From Fimbriosthenelais zetlandica (taxonomy: Eukaryota): DNA of 64,000 nucleotides. A model generated the notes under the pieces. That model worked only from the letters and a program-made list of their open reading frames with translations. It made no database searches and was not told the origin of the DNA. Of the stretch, positions 12,801-23,814 are shown piece after piece. Position 1 is the first letter of the stretch. Every line of letters starts with the position of its first letter. Position numbers and translations under genes: made by a program. The stretch is taken from positions 43,028,001 through 43,092,000 of the forward strand of contig OZ365111.1 of assembly GCA_977030845.1 (NCBI GenBank), read 5' to 3'.

Positions 12801-15800
12801 TGGCAGTTTCCTAAGCAGAAATTTTGCGGCAAAGCTGAAATAATTGACCAAAAATCTGACACTAATACTTCTAGCCTGTCGCCTCAGATCAGACTCATGT
12901 AAGGGAATATTTTGAGTAAGATTAGCTTACTTTTTCTTCTTTTTCTGGAGTTTTTTAGCCATCATCATCTCCTCGTCCTCCTCATCGCTGCTGTCTGATT
13001 CTATCTTACTGACTGGTTCCTCATCACTGTCTAATGTCTCCTACAATCAAACAAGGTCACAAAACAAGATCAATGATTGATGTTCAAATATCTAATGAGT
13101 GGGATAATACTCCAATGTTTATTAAAAACAAATGAGAGAAAGAATATTAGTTTACTTCAAATCAGCAATTTTTTAACTATCTCTGGACGTGAAGGAAACC
13201 AGCTGTTGACACAGCAGTAAATTATGTTCTTATACATGCCTCTCACTATGGGCAGTGGGAGACATGACTGCCAATCACTCCACCACTGGAGCCACGGCAC
13301 CATGGATTTTTATAGCCAATGTCTGTACTATAGCAAGCAAGAAAATATGTCAATATATTATTTGATATAAGTAGAAGTCACGGTCATACCGATTCCATGG
13401 CAGGATCCGTCTCCTTCGCCTCTAAAACTTCAAATTCATCATCATCGTCATCGTCCGTGATCACTCGTCTCTTCTTCTTTTTCTTAATAATATTTTTTGG
13501 TGATGAGCTGGAACCAAAGTAACAAACTTATAGAGCATTTAATGTAAGTGATATATAAATTTAATTCAAATCTAGGACGCGTTTAAAAGTTGTAAAATTC
13601 AATTCAATTCGGTAGGAAGTTTTAATAAATAAAAGTTTAAATACCTTATACTTTGGTCATCGGCTGTGAACTTGCTCGAGCTGGAATCAAATAAAGAAAA
13701 GATGTTTTATATTCTTCATCTGCAAATCTATTCCTACCCTTTGGTCTCAACATAAGTGATATAATTTTTACGGGAAAGTTTCTGTACCTTTGACTTTGAC
13801 TTTGATCATCGCCTGTGAACTTGCCGGAGCAGAGACCCAGTAGTTCTGACATGTTTGTCTGTGTGGGTTGTGTGGATGGTAGACCTAGTGCTGTAGTGAC
13901 ATCACTAGATGACGGGGGTTTGTGTGTAGATGTAAACTGACCGGAGCACAGTCCCAGGATATCGTCTCCGGTACTCTGAGTGTCGTCCAGCAGCCTGTCT
14001 ATACCGCCGATACCAGCGAAATTCTTAGTCTTATCATCCGCTCCTGTAGAAGCAACAGAAAAGCCAGCAATCAATTACAGGGTATTTTTTTTACAAGGGA
14101 AAGTGCTTATAGTTTTTAGTAAATCTCTTTTATTTAATGACTGAAGAAATTTGGAGCTAGCTTTTACATGTCTCTCATTATAGAGAATACAGATAATGGG
14201 AGATATGGTTGGTCTTTTACATGGCTCTCACTACAGACAACGGGAGACATGGTTGGCCTTTTACATGGCTCTCACTACAGACAAATGCAGACATTGCATG
14301 CCTTTAACATGCCTCTCCCTAAACAGCTTTTATAGCCCAGATACCAGCCCTTGGAGAGAAGCAAAATTAGAAGATTGTTTAGTTAAATTAAATAGAGAAT
14401 TAGAAGTATTAGATTTAGATACTGACCTTGACTAAGTGAGAATTTGCCGCTACAGAGCCCGAGTAGCTCGGCCTCGTCCTCCCCGTCACTCTCCCCCTCC
14501 AGTAAGAGCTGTCTGCGGGCCGGCTTCTTAGCGCTACCCTCGTCCTTCAAAAAACTACAGCAAAGAAAAGGTATACCTCAATATGGTGCAACATACATAG
14601 AAAGTACTGAGTAGGCATATGGGTCCACCCCCATTCACTCGAGGTGAATTCAACCACCAATAATTTCATAAATTTCCTTTTGACCATTTGGTGGTTACAT
14701 AGTGAGATGGTCGCTTTAGTGAGTATTTCTTTAAAATTTTGTTCTGACCATTTAGTGGTCGGATAGTGAGATGGTCGCTTTAGTGAGTATTTCTTTAAAT
14801 TTTGTTCTGACCATTTAGTGGTCGGATAGTGAGATGGTCGCTTTAGTGGATATTTCTTTAACATTTGGTTCTGAGCATTTAGTGGTCGGATACTGAGATG
14901 GTCGCTTTAGTGAGTATTTCTTCAACATTTTGTCTGACCATTTAGTGGTCGGATAGTGAGCTGGTCGCTTTAATGAGGTGACTGTTGAGTCAGTGTGTCC
15001 TGTATTTTAACTAGTTATAATGTACCTACCCGTCCTCGTCCAGTAGGTGGGAGTAGGTTGTACTGTCGTTGAGATGGAAGTTGAAGCTTGTCATTGGTTT
15101 ATCTCTGGGTGTAGATTCAGCCTGGGAGCCGCGGGACGGCGAGCCCAGCAGATCCTGAGAGTCTTCAATAGGTAGAGGCATCTTACCCAGGCCCTGTCAA
15201 ACAAACAGCAGATAGTTAAAAAAATTTAAAAAAACATCCAGCAGATAGTAAGTTATAGTAGTAGTCGCATGGGTTTAACCAACAATTTTTCAGTTATATC
15301 ATGACAGTGCCTACTTGAGACAGTGAGTCCAATGCTGCCTTACCGCGATATCAAGTCGCAGGCACATGACATGATACCTAACCCAGTCATACTGACACCG
15401 GGTTGACCAGTCCTAGTAAGTACTGTCGTCTAGTACTGAGTGCCAAGCGAAGGAGCCACTAGTCCCAAACTATTAAACTTGAATCAAAATTGATTCCAAA
15501 TTTTAACTAATGGCTAATCTCAGAAATATCACAGCAAGGAGGGAACACGCTTTTGGTTTTCTGGCCTGCTCTTAACTCCGCCTATCACCTGGATCTTTTA
15601 CATGCCTCTCACCACAAAGAGTAGGAGGCATGGCTGGCCTTTCACAAGCCTCTCACCACAGATGTGACTCTTTACTTACCTTGGAGTATGTACTGTTGGT
15701 AGCCACGGATGACTTGGTAGAGGGGGTGAAGAGGTCGGGGGTGGTACAATTTTTTCTCCGGTGTTTGCGGATCGTGCCCTGACCAGCTGGGATGAGGGTA

Positions 15801-18800
15801 TCGTAGCTACTATCAGCATCACGTAGAAGCGACAGGTTAGGGTTTTCTGGGAAAAAAACCGAGTAATTGATAAAGAAGGTGATTGGTACAGAAGGGCCTG
15901 CTCTGCTAGGGATCTGTTAGTAGCCTCTCATCACGGTCGGAGGTATGGCTGGACTTTCACAGACAGTGGGAGACATAGCTGGATTTCACATGCCTCTCAC
16001 CATAGACACAGGGATTCTGTTTTCTGAATGCCTTTCGCCAGAGAGTGAGAGATATCGCTACCAAAGGGCAAATTTCAAAACCACTTTGGGAATTGAATCC
16101 ATGAACTACTGCCTTTGATTCAAACAAATATTTAACAAATAAATAAATAAAAATTCTAAAAACTTTAGATCAGAGATCTATCAAGGAAGTCCATACCTAG
16201 TTTGGGTGAGGTATCTTCGTTCTCTGTGTCATCTAGGTTCATCATAGATACGTCATCCTCTGTGTCATTTTTAACGTCATCAGCGTCGTTGAGGACATCA
16301 TCTAGTTCATTCCTCTGTTCTGATTTCTGACTCAGTTTCACCGTCTCTCCACTCAGCTGTTCAAACGGACGGTCACTCAACTCTGAAACATACCAGATCA
16401 TTTTTATTTTCCAACTGCAACATAGTTCATCATTTTCGATTTCATTATTTCTTATTACATGTATATGCACGCCTTATCAATTATCAATGTTTTCATTTAT
16501 TTACGATCAGTTTAGTTTTCCGTATCTAGTACTGATACTGATACTGATAGTACTGAGAAGACAATTGAGAGTAAATTGAAGATACAAACAAAAAGGCAAA
16601 TAAGCCGGGATATACAATCTAAACAGAGTTGAAAATGGCAGTAAACGATCAAATCTTTTGCAATCAAAATTACAAGACGACAGTAACAATTCAAATCTTT
16701 GGCAATCATGACAAGAAGAAGAAATTGAATGTAAAGTCTAAGAAAAACCACCCAAACCTTCAAGTATTAGGAAGAGCGTAGTATTGTCTTATAATACAAG
16801 AAATTAAGTGCGACTTATATTTGCCCTGGGCAAAGGTATTGGAAATAGATTTTTGTATTTCCAGGACATTGGCTATGAGAAGGGGCTTGATAAGTACCTA
16901 TACTCTCTTTGTTAGTTGACTGGGAAAGCGTGGGGGATGCACTGATAGCGTCGTCATCAAACAGTTGTAAAGTATTGGATTTCTGTAGCGCGACTTTGAG
17001 GTAGTCTGTGGCGGGCTTACGGGGCGCCTCGTCAGCGGTAGCGGTCTCTTCTGTTAGATGGGCAGCAAAGGGAAGCAACAATGAGGTGAAGAAAACATAT
17101 GTACCCCCACCACCGAGAAGTCGGAAGACTTGACATGCTAGTTCTTAACCGTTAAACACAGGCATTGGGATGAAATTGAGTGAAGCTGGAACGTTCCAAC
17201 GGACACCCACCCCCTTAAGTTAAAAAAGCCATGCAAGAATCTTAAACAAGGAGATTAAGTGAAGTATCATCTTATGTAGTGTACTACTTATCTCCTATAC
17301 ATATTCAGGGTTCCCACAAAAATTTTGAATTCGAACTACAAAACTCTTCCATGACTTTCTAAAACAATCAATATAGACATGAATAATTCCATAACTTATC
17401 CATAACTGCCCTTTTTTCTAGGATTTTTCAAAACTGTGGGAACCCTGATATTGAACTTTAATATGAAGACATTAGCAGGGTTCCAGATTCCCGGTCGCCC
17501 GACGGCCCGTGGCGACCTGAAAAGCCTAAGGGCGACCATCTATATAGAGATACTCGCCCTGCTGGCGACCATAATTTTGGAGTTTAACATTAGAAAACAA
17601 TATTAAAGACGACCAAGTGTTGGAAAGGGCGACCAAGGATTTATAGTAGGTCGCCCTGCTGGCGACCAAGGCATTTCAGGGAGTCTGGACCCCTGCATTA
17701 GGAGTGCGACTTACCGTCATCGTTGAACTGTAGGTGGAGGTTACTTTCTCCATCCTCATCCTCTAAATCTCCGTCCTCATCCTCAGCCTCGTCATTCACG
17801 AAGGGGTTATTCTGTCAAAATCACAAAAATAAAATATGAGGGAAAAAAATTCAAATTTAAAATACGTACTTAGAAATTTAAAAAATACTTATATTTTCTC
17901 GACTAAATTTGTTGCCTTTAACATTGAAGTAACGGACCAAGACAGGAGAAATAAGATGTTGGCTCAACAGCCTGCTCTTCTTCATTGGCAACAATTTTTG
18001 CCATATTTAGTAAGTGGGAGACTTGGCTGGCCTATATACATGCCTCTCAGCATGGTACATTATTTCATTCACACAGAAATAAAACCAATATTTACACAGT
18101 ACATAAACACACCTTCATTTCCCTCTCTTCAGTGGTGTATTCCTGAGCATCCATCTCTTCTTCCAACTCCTCTTCTTCTTCTATCTCTTCCTCCTCTTCC
18201 TCACCATCAGTATCACTCTGATCGGTTAGTTCTGCCTCTTCCTCCTCAAATCCCTCTTCATTGTCTAAAGCGAACATTTCACACCTTGCCTTCCTTGCCT
18301 CTTCTCTCTTCGCCTTCATCTTCTCTGCCAGAGACTCTTTCAAATTCAGCAGTTTGGCGCCTGGGATTGAAAGAGTATAATCGACATAAAAATATATTTA
18401 AAAATTTGATATTTTGTCATATACATGTATAAGTCAGGCAGGCCCTACATACATCAAACTCTTAAAGATGGAAGGAATTATTGTAAAAAAGGTGAAAATA
18501 AAATTAGCAAGAACGAATGTCCTATGGTAGTATAAGTAATAGTATTTAGAATCTTTCAAAGACGCTTAAAAGTTTTAAAAATAACAAGAAAGTTTGTAAA
18601 ATCGTTAAAAATACAAGAAACTTATATCATAATGACTAACAAGCTATAATGTTTACCGGGTTTGTTTAATTTTGGGTCGGCGGGGGCCTCTGCTCCGTCT
18701 AGGTGAACTACAAACTTCTTGAGTTGCAGCTCCTCACCGTCTTTCCCAGTTTTCACCTTTTCTACAGTGCTGCGGAAACAAATTTGAAACATTTTTAACT

Positions 18801-21800
18801 TTAAAGTTTAAACTCCGCTCGGTGATGGGTACAATGTACTATTACTGTTTACATGAGATTAAATCTCAAAATTAAAAAATCTAAATTCTAAAATTGTGAC
18901 CGTGGTCTTTGTTCTAAAATCTTTGATTTATAATAAATGATGAATTTCAACTTTAAAAAAATAAAAATATAAGAATATACATTGTAGATACACACCTTAT
19001 CTCTACATCCTGGGCCGCCTTTTTCTTCCTGTTTGCTGAATGTTTCATGAGTCGATCCATGAGGTCTCGGACTCCCGGTTTTGGTGTATTTTTTGGGACC
19101 TCATCATCATCTAAATCTATAAAAGCGTCGGGGCCTCCACTCAACCTCGGCTTGCCCTTGTCAAAACCTAACGCTGCTAACCGCGGGGTGAGCGCGGTCT
19201 GTCTCAGGGTCCCCACTTTCTGCCCAGTCACCGGCGTTTTCTCCACACTGTTCACTTTTTCTGAATTTATATCATCAGTTAGACTAATTTCCTTGTTTTT
19301 GGGAGTGTTTTCTGAGCTGTTTTCTTCCTCGGAGGTATGGCAGGAGGTGGATATGAAGCCGGAGTCCTGTTCTGGTTTGGGTTCGGCTGATTTTAATTTT
19401 TCATCCAGAGTTAGGGGGATACTGTCTGATTTGATGGCGTCTGTGGATAGGTTTTTAGCCTGGAGCCGCTCGCTGAGGGGGGTGTTAGTAATGTCTGGGA
19501 GGGTGTCCCCCTCTTCTCCCTCCTCCTCCATCATGGTGGAGGGGGTGGGGTGGTCGGTGGAGGTACTGGGGTTAGGACTAGGGTCACTGGTAGGTTTTGC
19601 CAGTAGAGGTGACGCAGAACTGGCTTCAGGTTTGGTTTTGTTCAGGGAAGGAGTGGTGACTAGAGATTGGTGGATGGATGGTGGTGTCTTCCAAGCCCTG
19701 CAAAAAAAATTGGAGAAAGAAAAGTTATTGGAGTGCAAATAAAGGATGATTGTGTGGTTGTTTAACGTTATTTTCAATAATTTCTCAGTTAGGATGGGTT
19801 GGGGGATGGATGGGTGGTTTAACTTACCCTTTGAGTTCCTTCAGACTTTCCTGTTTCTTCTTGGTTCTTTCTAATATGGCTGAGAGACCAAGCGGTGTAG
19901 GTTTGTGGTACGGGAGACGTATATCCGACTCTAAAAAATAAATATTAATTAACTTAATGGACATTTCATGGGCAAAACGACTGTTTTACAACATAGATGA
20001 TGCAAAGAAATCGAGTCTAAAAAGAAAGTAGAAAAGTTTAAACTGACCTCTGATAAGACGCTGAGTTTCAGCATGTATTTCCGTCATGGCGTCAGTTTTA
20101 GATTTTCGAGACTGTCCCTTCCTCACTCCACTCCCTCCTTCTCCGCTTCCCTTACCTCCCTTCTTGGCAGCTCCCTGTGAAAAAAAAAGTTAAATTATGT
20201 AACAGGAAGCCTAAATATATCCAAATTTCCCAACTTTTCCACAAATGTAATATACATTTCCCAAAATACATTCAATTGGCCTATCAGTACTTTGATAATT
20301 AATTAACTATATATACCAGATTAAGTTTTTGAATTTTAAACAAAGTAAAAGTCGTGACAAACCTTGGCTAGTTTTTTCCTGAGTGCTTCACTCAGTTCGC
20401 CTGGTTCATCATCGCTGCTGTCAGTGCCCCAGGCAGGAGTATCTTTGGGTGTCTCTCCCTCACTCTCACTGTCGCTGCTACTACTACTCTCATTCCCCTT
20501 ATTGCTGTCACCTCCTGAGGCCCCTGGTTAAATAGAAAATATTCAAATTTTTTAGAGTTTGCAGGAAAAATATCTGTAAATATATCTATTAAATACTTAA
20601 TGAAATACCCGTAACTAATAATAATGTTAATAATGCTAGTCTGGTCAAATTTTCCTTCTTATTTTTTAAATGAATATTTATAAAAAGACCAATGTTTGCA
20701 AGTCTCACCAGTTTTTTCTGGTGACTTTTTCTCCTCTGTCTCACTTTCTGGTCCACTGTCCAGGTTGTACCTTGTGGTTTGGTTCTTGTCAACCTTTTCA
20801 AATTCTGTATCTGAATCACTGTCCGAATTGATGATAATTTTCTTTTTCTGCAAGAGAAGATTTATCGATTTGTATAAGAGAAATGAGATATTTTAAGTGC
20901 ACGATTTAAGAACAACAGACTTGTTTCAATTGTCCAATTTTTTCTTCTTGTAAAGTGGAAATAATTTACCTTTTGGGAAAGAGGAGTTTTCTCTTTGATT
21001 TCTTCCTCATTTGAATCGTCACTGTCCTGGTCTTCTTTGTCTGAAATGTAATAGAATAATTATACCATACGATAGGTGGTTAAAAGTCTAGGAATCAACA
21101 CAGCTAAAATATGTAATCTGAGGTCCTTGGGAGTCTGGTATTCAAAATGCAAAGGCCTAATTTTTTATAGCTTTGATTACATGTATTTTAGTAAGATTAT
21201 AATATTTTGTAAAACTGACTCTTTTAGTAGAATTTTTTTCAAATAAAAGAAAAATGGGAGGGGAAACCAACCTGAATCTGATTGAGATTTTTTCTCTGGC
21301 TCATCATCTCTTTTCTCGTCCTCCTCGCTGTCCGAATCATCCACTATCTGTTGGCGCTTCTGTAAGTAAGGTCAGTCAGAAGATTACTTTTAAATGTGTT
21401 TTACAAGAATGCATGAAAACTAGAATAATTCTAAGATTAAAGTTAAATGAAACATTCCCAGGCAGAGTGGGGTTTAGATATAACTCACGTCTAGGCCCCC
21501 GCTTGTAGAAGGACCCTAGATCCGCCCTGTCTGTATTGAATGTAAAGTGTATACCTTTCTGTGCGTTTTGGTCCGGATCACCGGCTCATCTTCACTATCA
21601 TCCCCGCTGCCATCATCAGCAGCCATTGTACCCGCTGTCTTTAGTGACGATTCTGAACCTGGCGCCTGGGATAAATGAGATGTCGATTCACCAGATTCAG
21701 AAACCATCTGTCAACAAAAGAAAGTCATTATCAAGTACATGCACCAAGCAGTAAAACTTATTGTCAATATTGGCTTCATAGCCTTATTATTTGCTTTAGA

Positions 21801-22467
21801 AAACATAATTATAGTGGTGGCCTCTGGAAGGCCTCTGACTGTAAATTCTAATAGATTTATGGCAAAATGAAAGTATATTTTAACTAGTAAAGTCAACCCA
21901 ATTTGGCAAATAGTAGGATTGTATTCTATAGAGAGTTATTTGAAAGTAAAATTTAGGGTAATTTTGGTATAGTATATGATATACTATATCTGATTATAAT
22001 GATACATGGTAATCGTGGTAATATTGCATAGATGAATGGTAAATGTGTGCGTGCAAAACTGCCATTACCAAGAGGAAACCCATTGTTGAACTCTTCACTC
22101 TGACTGGAGCGGGAGGACGGGGCCAGTGGAACGAGTGAGGTCAGTCGACCGTCAGACCTCAGTCAGGGTCATGGTCACCCTCTCTGGTTTACACATCATA
22201 GTTTACGTTTATTCCACAATACAGAGCTGGAATACTTCTAATACTTCCCTTCTGCTACACCAAGAAGCTACACAATTCACTAAATTACGCTTACATCATA
22301 TGAACAAAGCTTGGCCTGGGGCTGGGGATCAACAATCTGATCTCGTCCCGCAAGCCAGAACACTGCAAACACCATCACTTTCCAGGCGTATTTCGCCAAC
22401 TACAGACACCAAAACCTCAAATAAAACCTACCTCTGATTCCGCATTGTCCTCCGGTATGCCCAGCAT
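9824..22467 (-). CDS. CLSPN: Claspin (Chk1 adaptor / replication checkpoint mediator), 28 coding exons, about 1394 aa
   Basis: Exons traced manually, all GT-AG with matching phases: 22432-22467, 21555-21707, 21272-21359, 20970-21040, 20709-20847, 20363-20523, 20048-20174, 19828-19930, 18996-19697, 18657-18769, 18113-18360, 17715-17811, 16898-17050, 16197-16382, 15680-15846, 15030-15193, 14427-14554, 13788-14043, 13390-13507, 12931-13040, 12690-12733, 12314-12440, 11753-11874, 11181-11299, 10861-10942, 10582-10658, 10239-10415, 9824-9940 (sum 4185 nt). Recognised Claspin blocks: [21 protein letters not shown]; [32 protein letters not shown]; PIEDSQDL; three LLGLCSGxF-type Chk1-binding motifs; [10 protein letters not shown]; [37 protein letters not shown]; C-terminal SIFKHL*. 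Confidence 0.95.
11423..11471. mobile_element. Miniature palindromic remnant of a CAGGGTTCCCAC-type MITE
   Basis: AGGGTTCCCACT...AGTGGAACCCT with an inner TCAGGA/TCCTGA stem; same terminus as the 17306-17447 element. Confidence 0.45.
11885..12075. repeat. Degenerate (TCAA)n microsatellite in a Claspin intron
   Basis: Runs of tcaatcaat interspersed with variants. Confidence 0.8.
13235..13266 (+). repeat. Hairpin repeat family copy (CATGYCTCTCAC-N8-GTGGGAGACATG)
   Basis: catgcctctcac-tatgggca-gtgggagacatg. Related copies at about 11055-11110, 14161-14320, 15595-15665, 15921-16010, 18010-18055 and 32420-32465. Confidence 0.7.
14161..14320 (+). repeat. Tandem array of about 43-bp hairpin units in a Claspin intron
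   Basis: Three to four copies of ttttacatggctctcactacagaca...gggagacatggttggcc. Confidence 0.75.
14681..14984. mobile_element. Truncated Tc1/mariner(pogo)-type MITE with about five internal 63-bp tandem repeats
   Basis: Unit tgaccatttagtggtcggatagtgagatggtcgctttagtgagtatttc...; ends in the TIR-like GGTCGCTTTAATGAGGTGACTG. Same family as 38856-39167 (inverted) and 54764-54966. Confidence 0.65.
15331..15466 (-). mobile_element. tRNA-derived SINE body fragment
   Basis: gctgcc...gatatca...gacatgatacctaacccagtca..tactgacaccggg..gaccagtcctag...ctgagtgccaagcga...actagt resembles, from memory, the core of SINEs common in mollusc/annelid genomes. Not checked against a database. Confidence 0.45.
17306..17447. 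mobile_element. MITE with 12-bp perfect TIRs (CAGGGTTCCCAC)
   Basis: CAGGGTTCCCAC...GTGGGAACCCTG, 142 bp, flanked by ATATT on both sides. Confidence 0.7.
17476..17695. mobile_element. MITE with CAGGG termini and repeated GGCGACC subterminal motifs
   Basis: TIRs CAGGGTTCCAGATTCCC / GGGAGTCTGGACCCCTG (15/17 match); about seven GGCGACC/GGTCGCC motifs; flanking direct repeat CATTAG (17470-17475, 17696-17701). Confidence 0.8.
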
Positions 22468-22554
22468 ACTGGTCGTCTCGGGATTTAGACTTTATGAGTG
22501 GAAAAAAGCTCCAATTTGGGGTTTCAACAATGCCATGGGCTGTAAACAAACTTG

Positions 22555-22610
22555 ACGGAAGTTGTATTTTCGCGGTAAATGATGACGCATGCGCACTGTG
22601 TACTTCCGGC
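22555..22610 (-). promoter_or_regulatory. Claspin TATA-less core promoter (ETS, E2F-like, NRF1 motifs)
   Basis: CGGAAGT 22556-22562, TTTTCGCGG 22567-22575 (E2F-like), CGCATGCGCA 22586-22595 (NRF1), ACTTCCGG 22602-22609. The cluster is CpG-rich and lies immediately 5' of Claspin exon 1. Confidence 0.65.
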
Positions 22611-22674
22611 TCTAGTTCCGCGTTCTGCCGTTGATAATGGTGGCAGTGGTGTACTGCAGTCTATAGAATGGTAA

Positions 22675-22945
22675 GTCCGGCGGCGCCCTCGGCACCTATA
22701 CGGCAAACGAAGTAACTAAGGTAAGAACTTTCTGTCCCATGCGACTACCCCACCACCGGCAAAAGCTGGAACTAATGCCAAGGATAGTAGAGTTATTGTA
22801 AATAGAGTATCCTTGCTAATGCTCGGAACAAATTAACCGTCCGGTAGCGCCCTCGCCACCTATACGGCAAACGAAGGAACTAAGATAAGAACTTTCAGCA
22901 GCCCCATGCGACTACCCCACCGCCGGCAAAAGCTGGAACTAATGC
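22675..22945. repeat. About 105-bp direct duplication upstream of the Claspin promoter
   Basis: Copies at 22675-22778 and 22839-22945, highly similar (gtccgg...cgccctcg...cacctatacggcaaacgaa...aaaagctggaactaatgc). Confidence 0.9.
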
Positions 22946-23088
22946 TCATTGGAACTTTTAGATGGCGTTTGTAGATCTAGGAAAGCTCCTAAATGGGCCA
23001 AAATTGAAATCAGTCAGGAGATTTACATGGAGAATTTTTCACATCCAAAACAAGAGAGCTACCGGTACGCTGTCTGTAATAACAATAA

Positions 23089-23094
23089 TTTATT
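23089..23094 (-). terminator. Probable poly(A) signal (AATAAA) of the MEIOSIN-like gene
   Basis: Plus-strand TTTATT at 23089-23094, about 720 nt after the stop codon and before the Claspin promoter. Confidence 0.45.
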
Positions 23095-23190
23095 TCAACA
23101 ACTGTACAACCTGTACTAAATTGCTCTAAAAACTTTATATAGGATTAAGAAGAGCAAGATTAGCAACAATGGCCTATGCTTAGCTTGACC

Positions 23191-23226
23191 TAGTCAGTTC
23201 GTGCAGAGTCAGGCACGAACTGACTA
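23191..23226. mobile_element. 36-bp palindromic insertion with 9-bp target-site duplication
   Basis: TAGTCAGTTCGTGC-agagtcag-GCACGAACTGACTA flanked by AGCTTGACC at 23182-23190 and 23227-23235. Confidence 0.7.
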
Positions 23227-23739
23227 AGCTTGACCCTTTCTACAATAATAAATGCTAAAATGTTTAAAAGCTTGATAGATTCTAGCAAAGGGTATGATAG
23301 GCCTAAGCTTTTTCATATCATTAATTAAACATTGCTGATTTAAATAACTTCATTAAAAGTTAAAATTGTTTCATTCAAATAATTCATTCATTATTTCCTA
23401 AGTCATGATCTTTAAAACCCAATAATCAATATAATTTCTGAAATTCTATTTACATTAATAGTCTGATTCATATAATTAATCAGTTAAAATTTGGTTAGTA
23501 ATTGTTTTAAAATCTGATTCACAACAATAATTAATACAATTTAAATTTTCTTAAAATTTCTGGCAATTACATACATGATCAAAACCGACCGTGTAAAATT
23601 CTAATCCAACTGTCTCATACAATACATTTGCTTAAATTGGTCCAAACCATTAGCCTGCCATACGAATAGAATGCATTTTGACTATTCATTATATAATTAT
23701 GCAGATTTCTTATGAGGTAATCGATGTATTTCTTAATAC

Positions 23740-23810
23740 ATTTGGTTCAAAATTCAATTGATTTCTTTTTTAGAATTTGGTTCAAAATTCAATTGATTTC
23801 TTTTTTAGAT
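23740..23810. repeat. About 36-bp tandem duplication just 3' of the MEIOSIN-like stop
   Basis: atttggttcaaaattcaattgatttcttttttag occurs twice. Confidence 0.85.
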
Positions 23811-23814
23811 TCGG

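Noticed and set aside
14547-14864. 105-aa repetitive ORF ([18 protein letters not shown]...)
   Set aside because: It is a translation of the 63-bp tandem repeat inside a Claspin intron.
14681-14984. CRISPR-like array
   Set aside because: Units are near-identical throughout with no unique spacers, there are no cas genes, and the context is eukaryotic.
17836-19742. Plus-strand ORFs of 198 aa (17836-18432) and 231 aa (19047-19742)
   Set aside because: They are antisense shadows of low-complexity Claspin exons.
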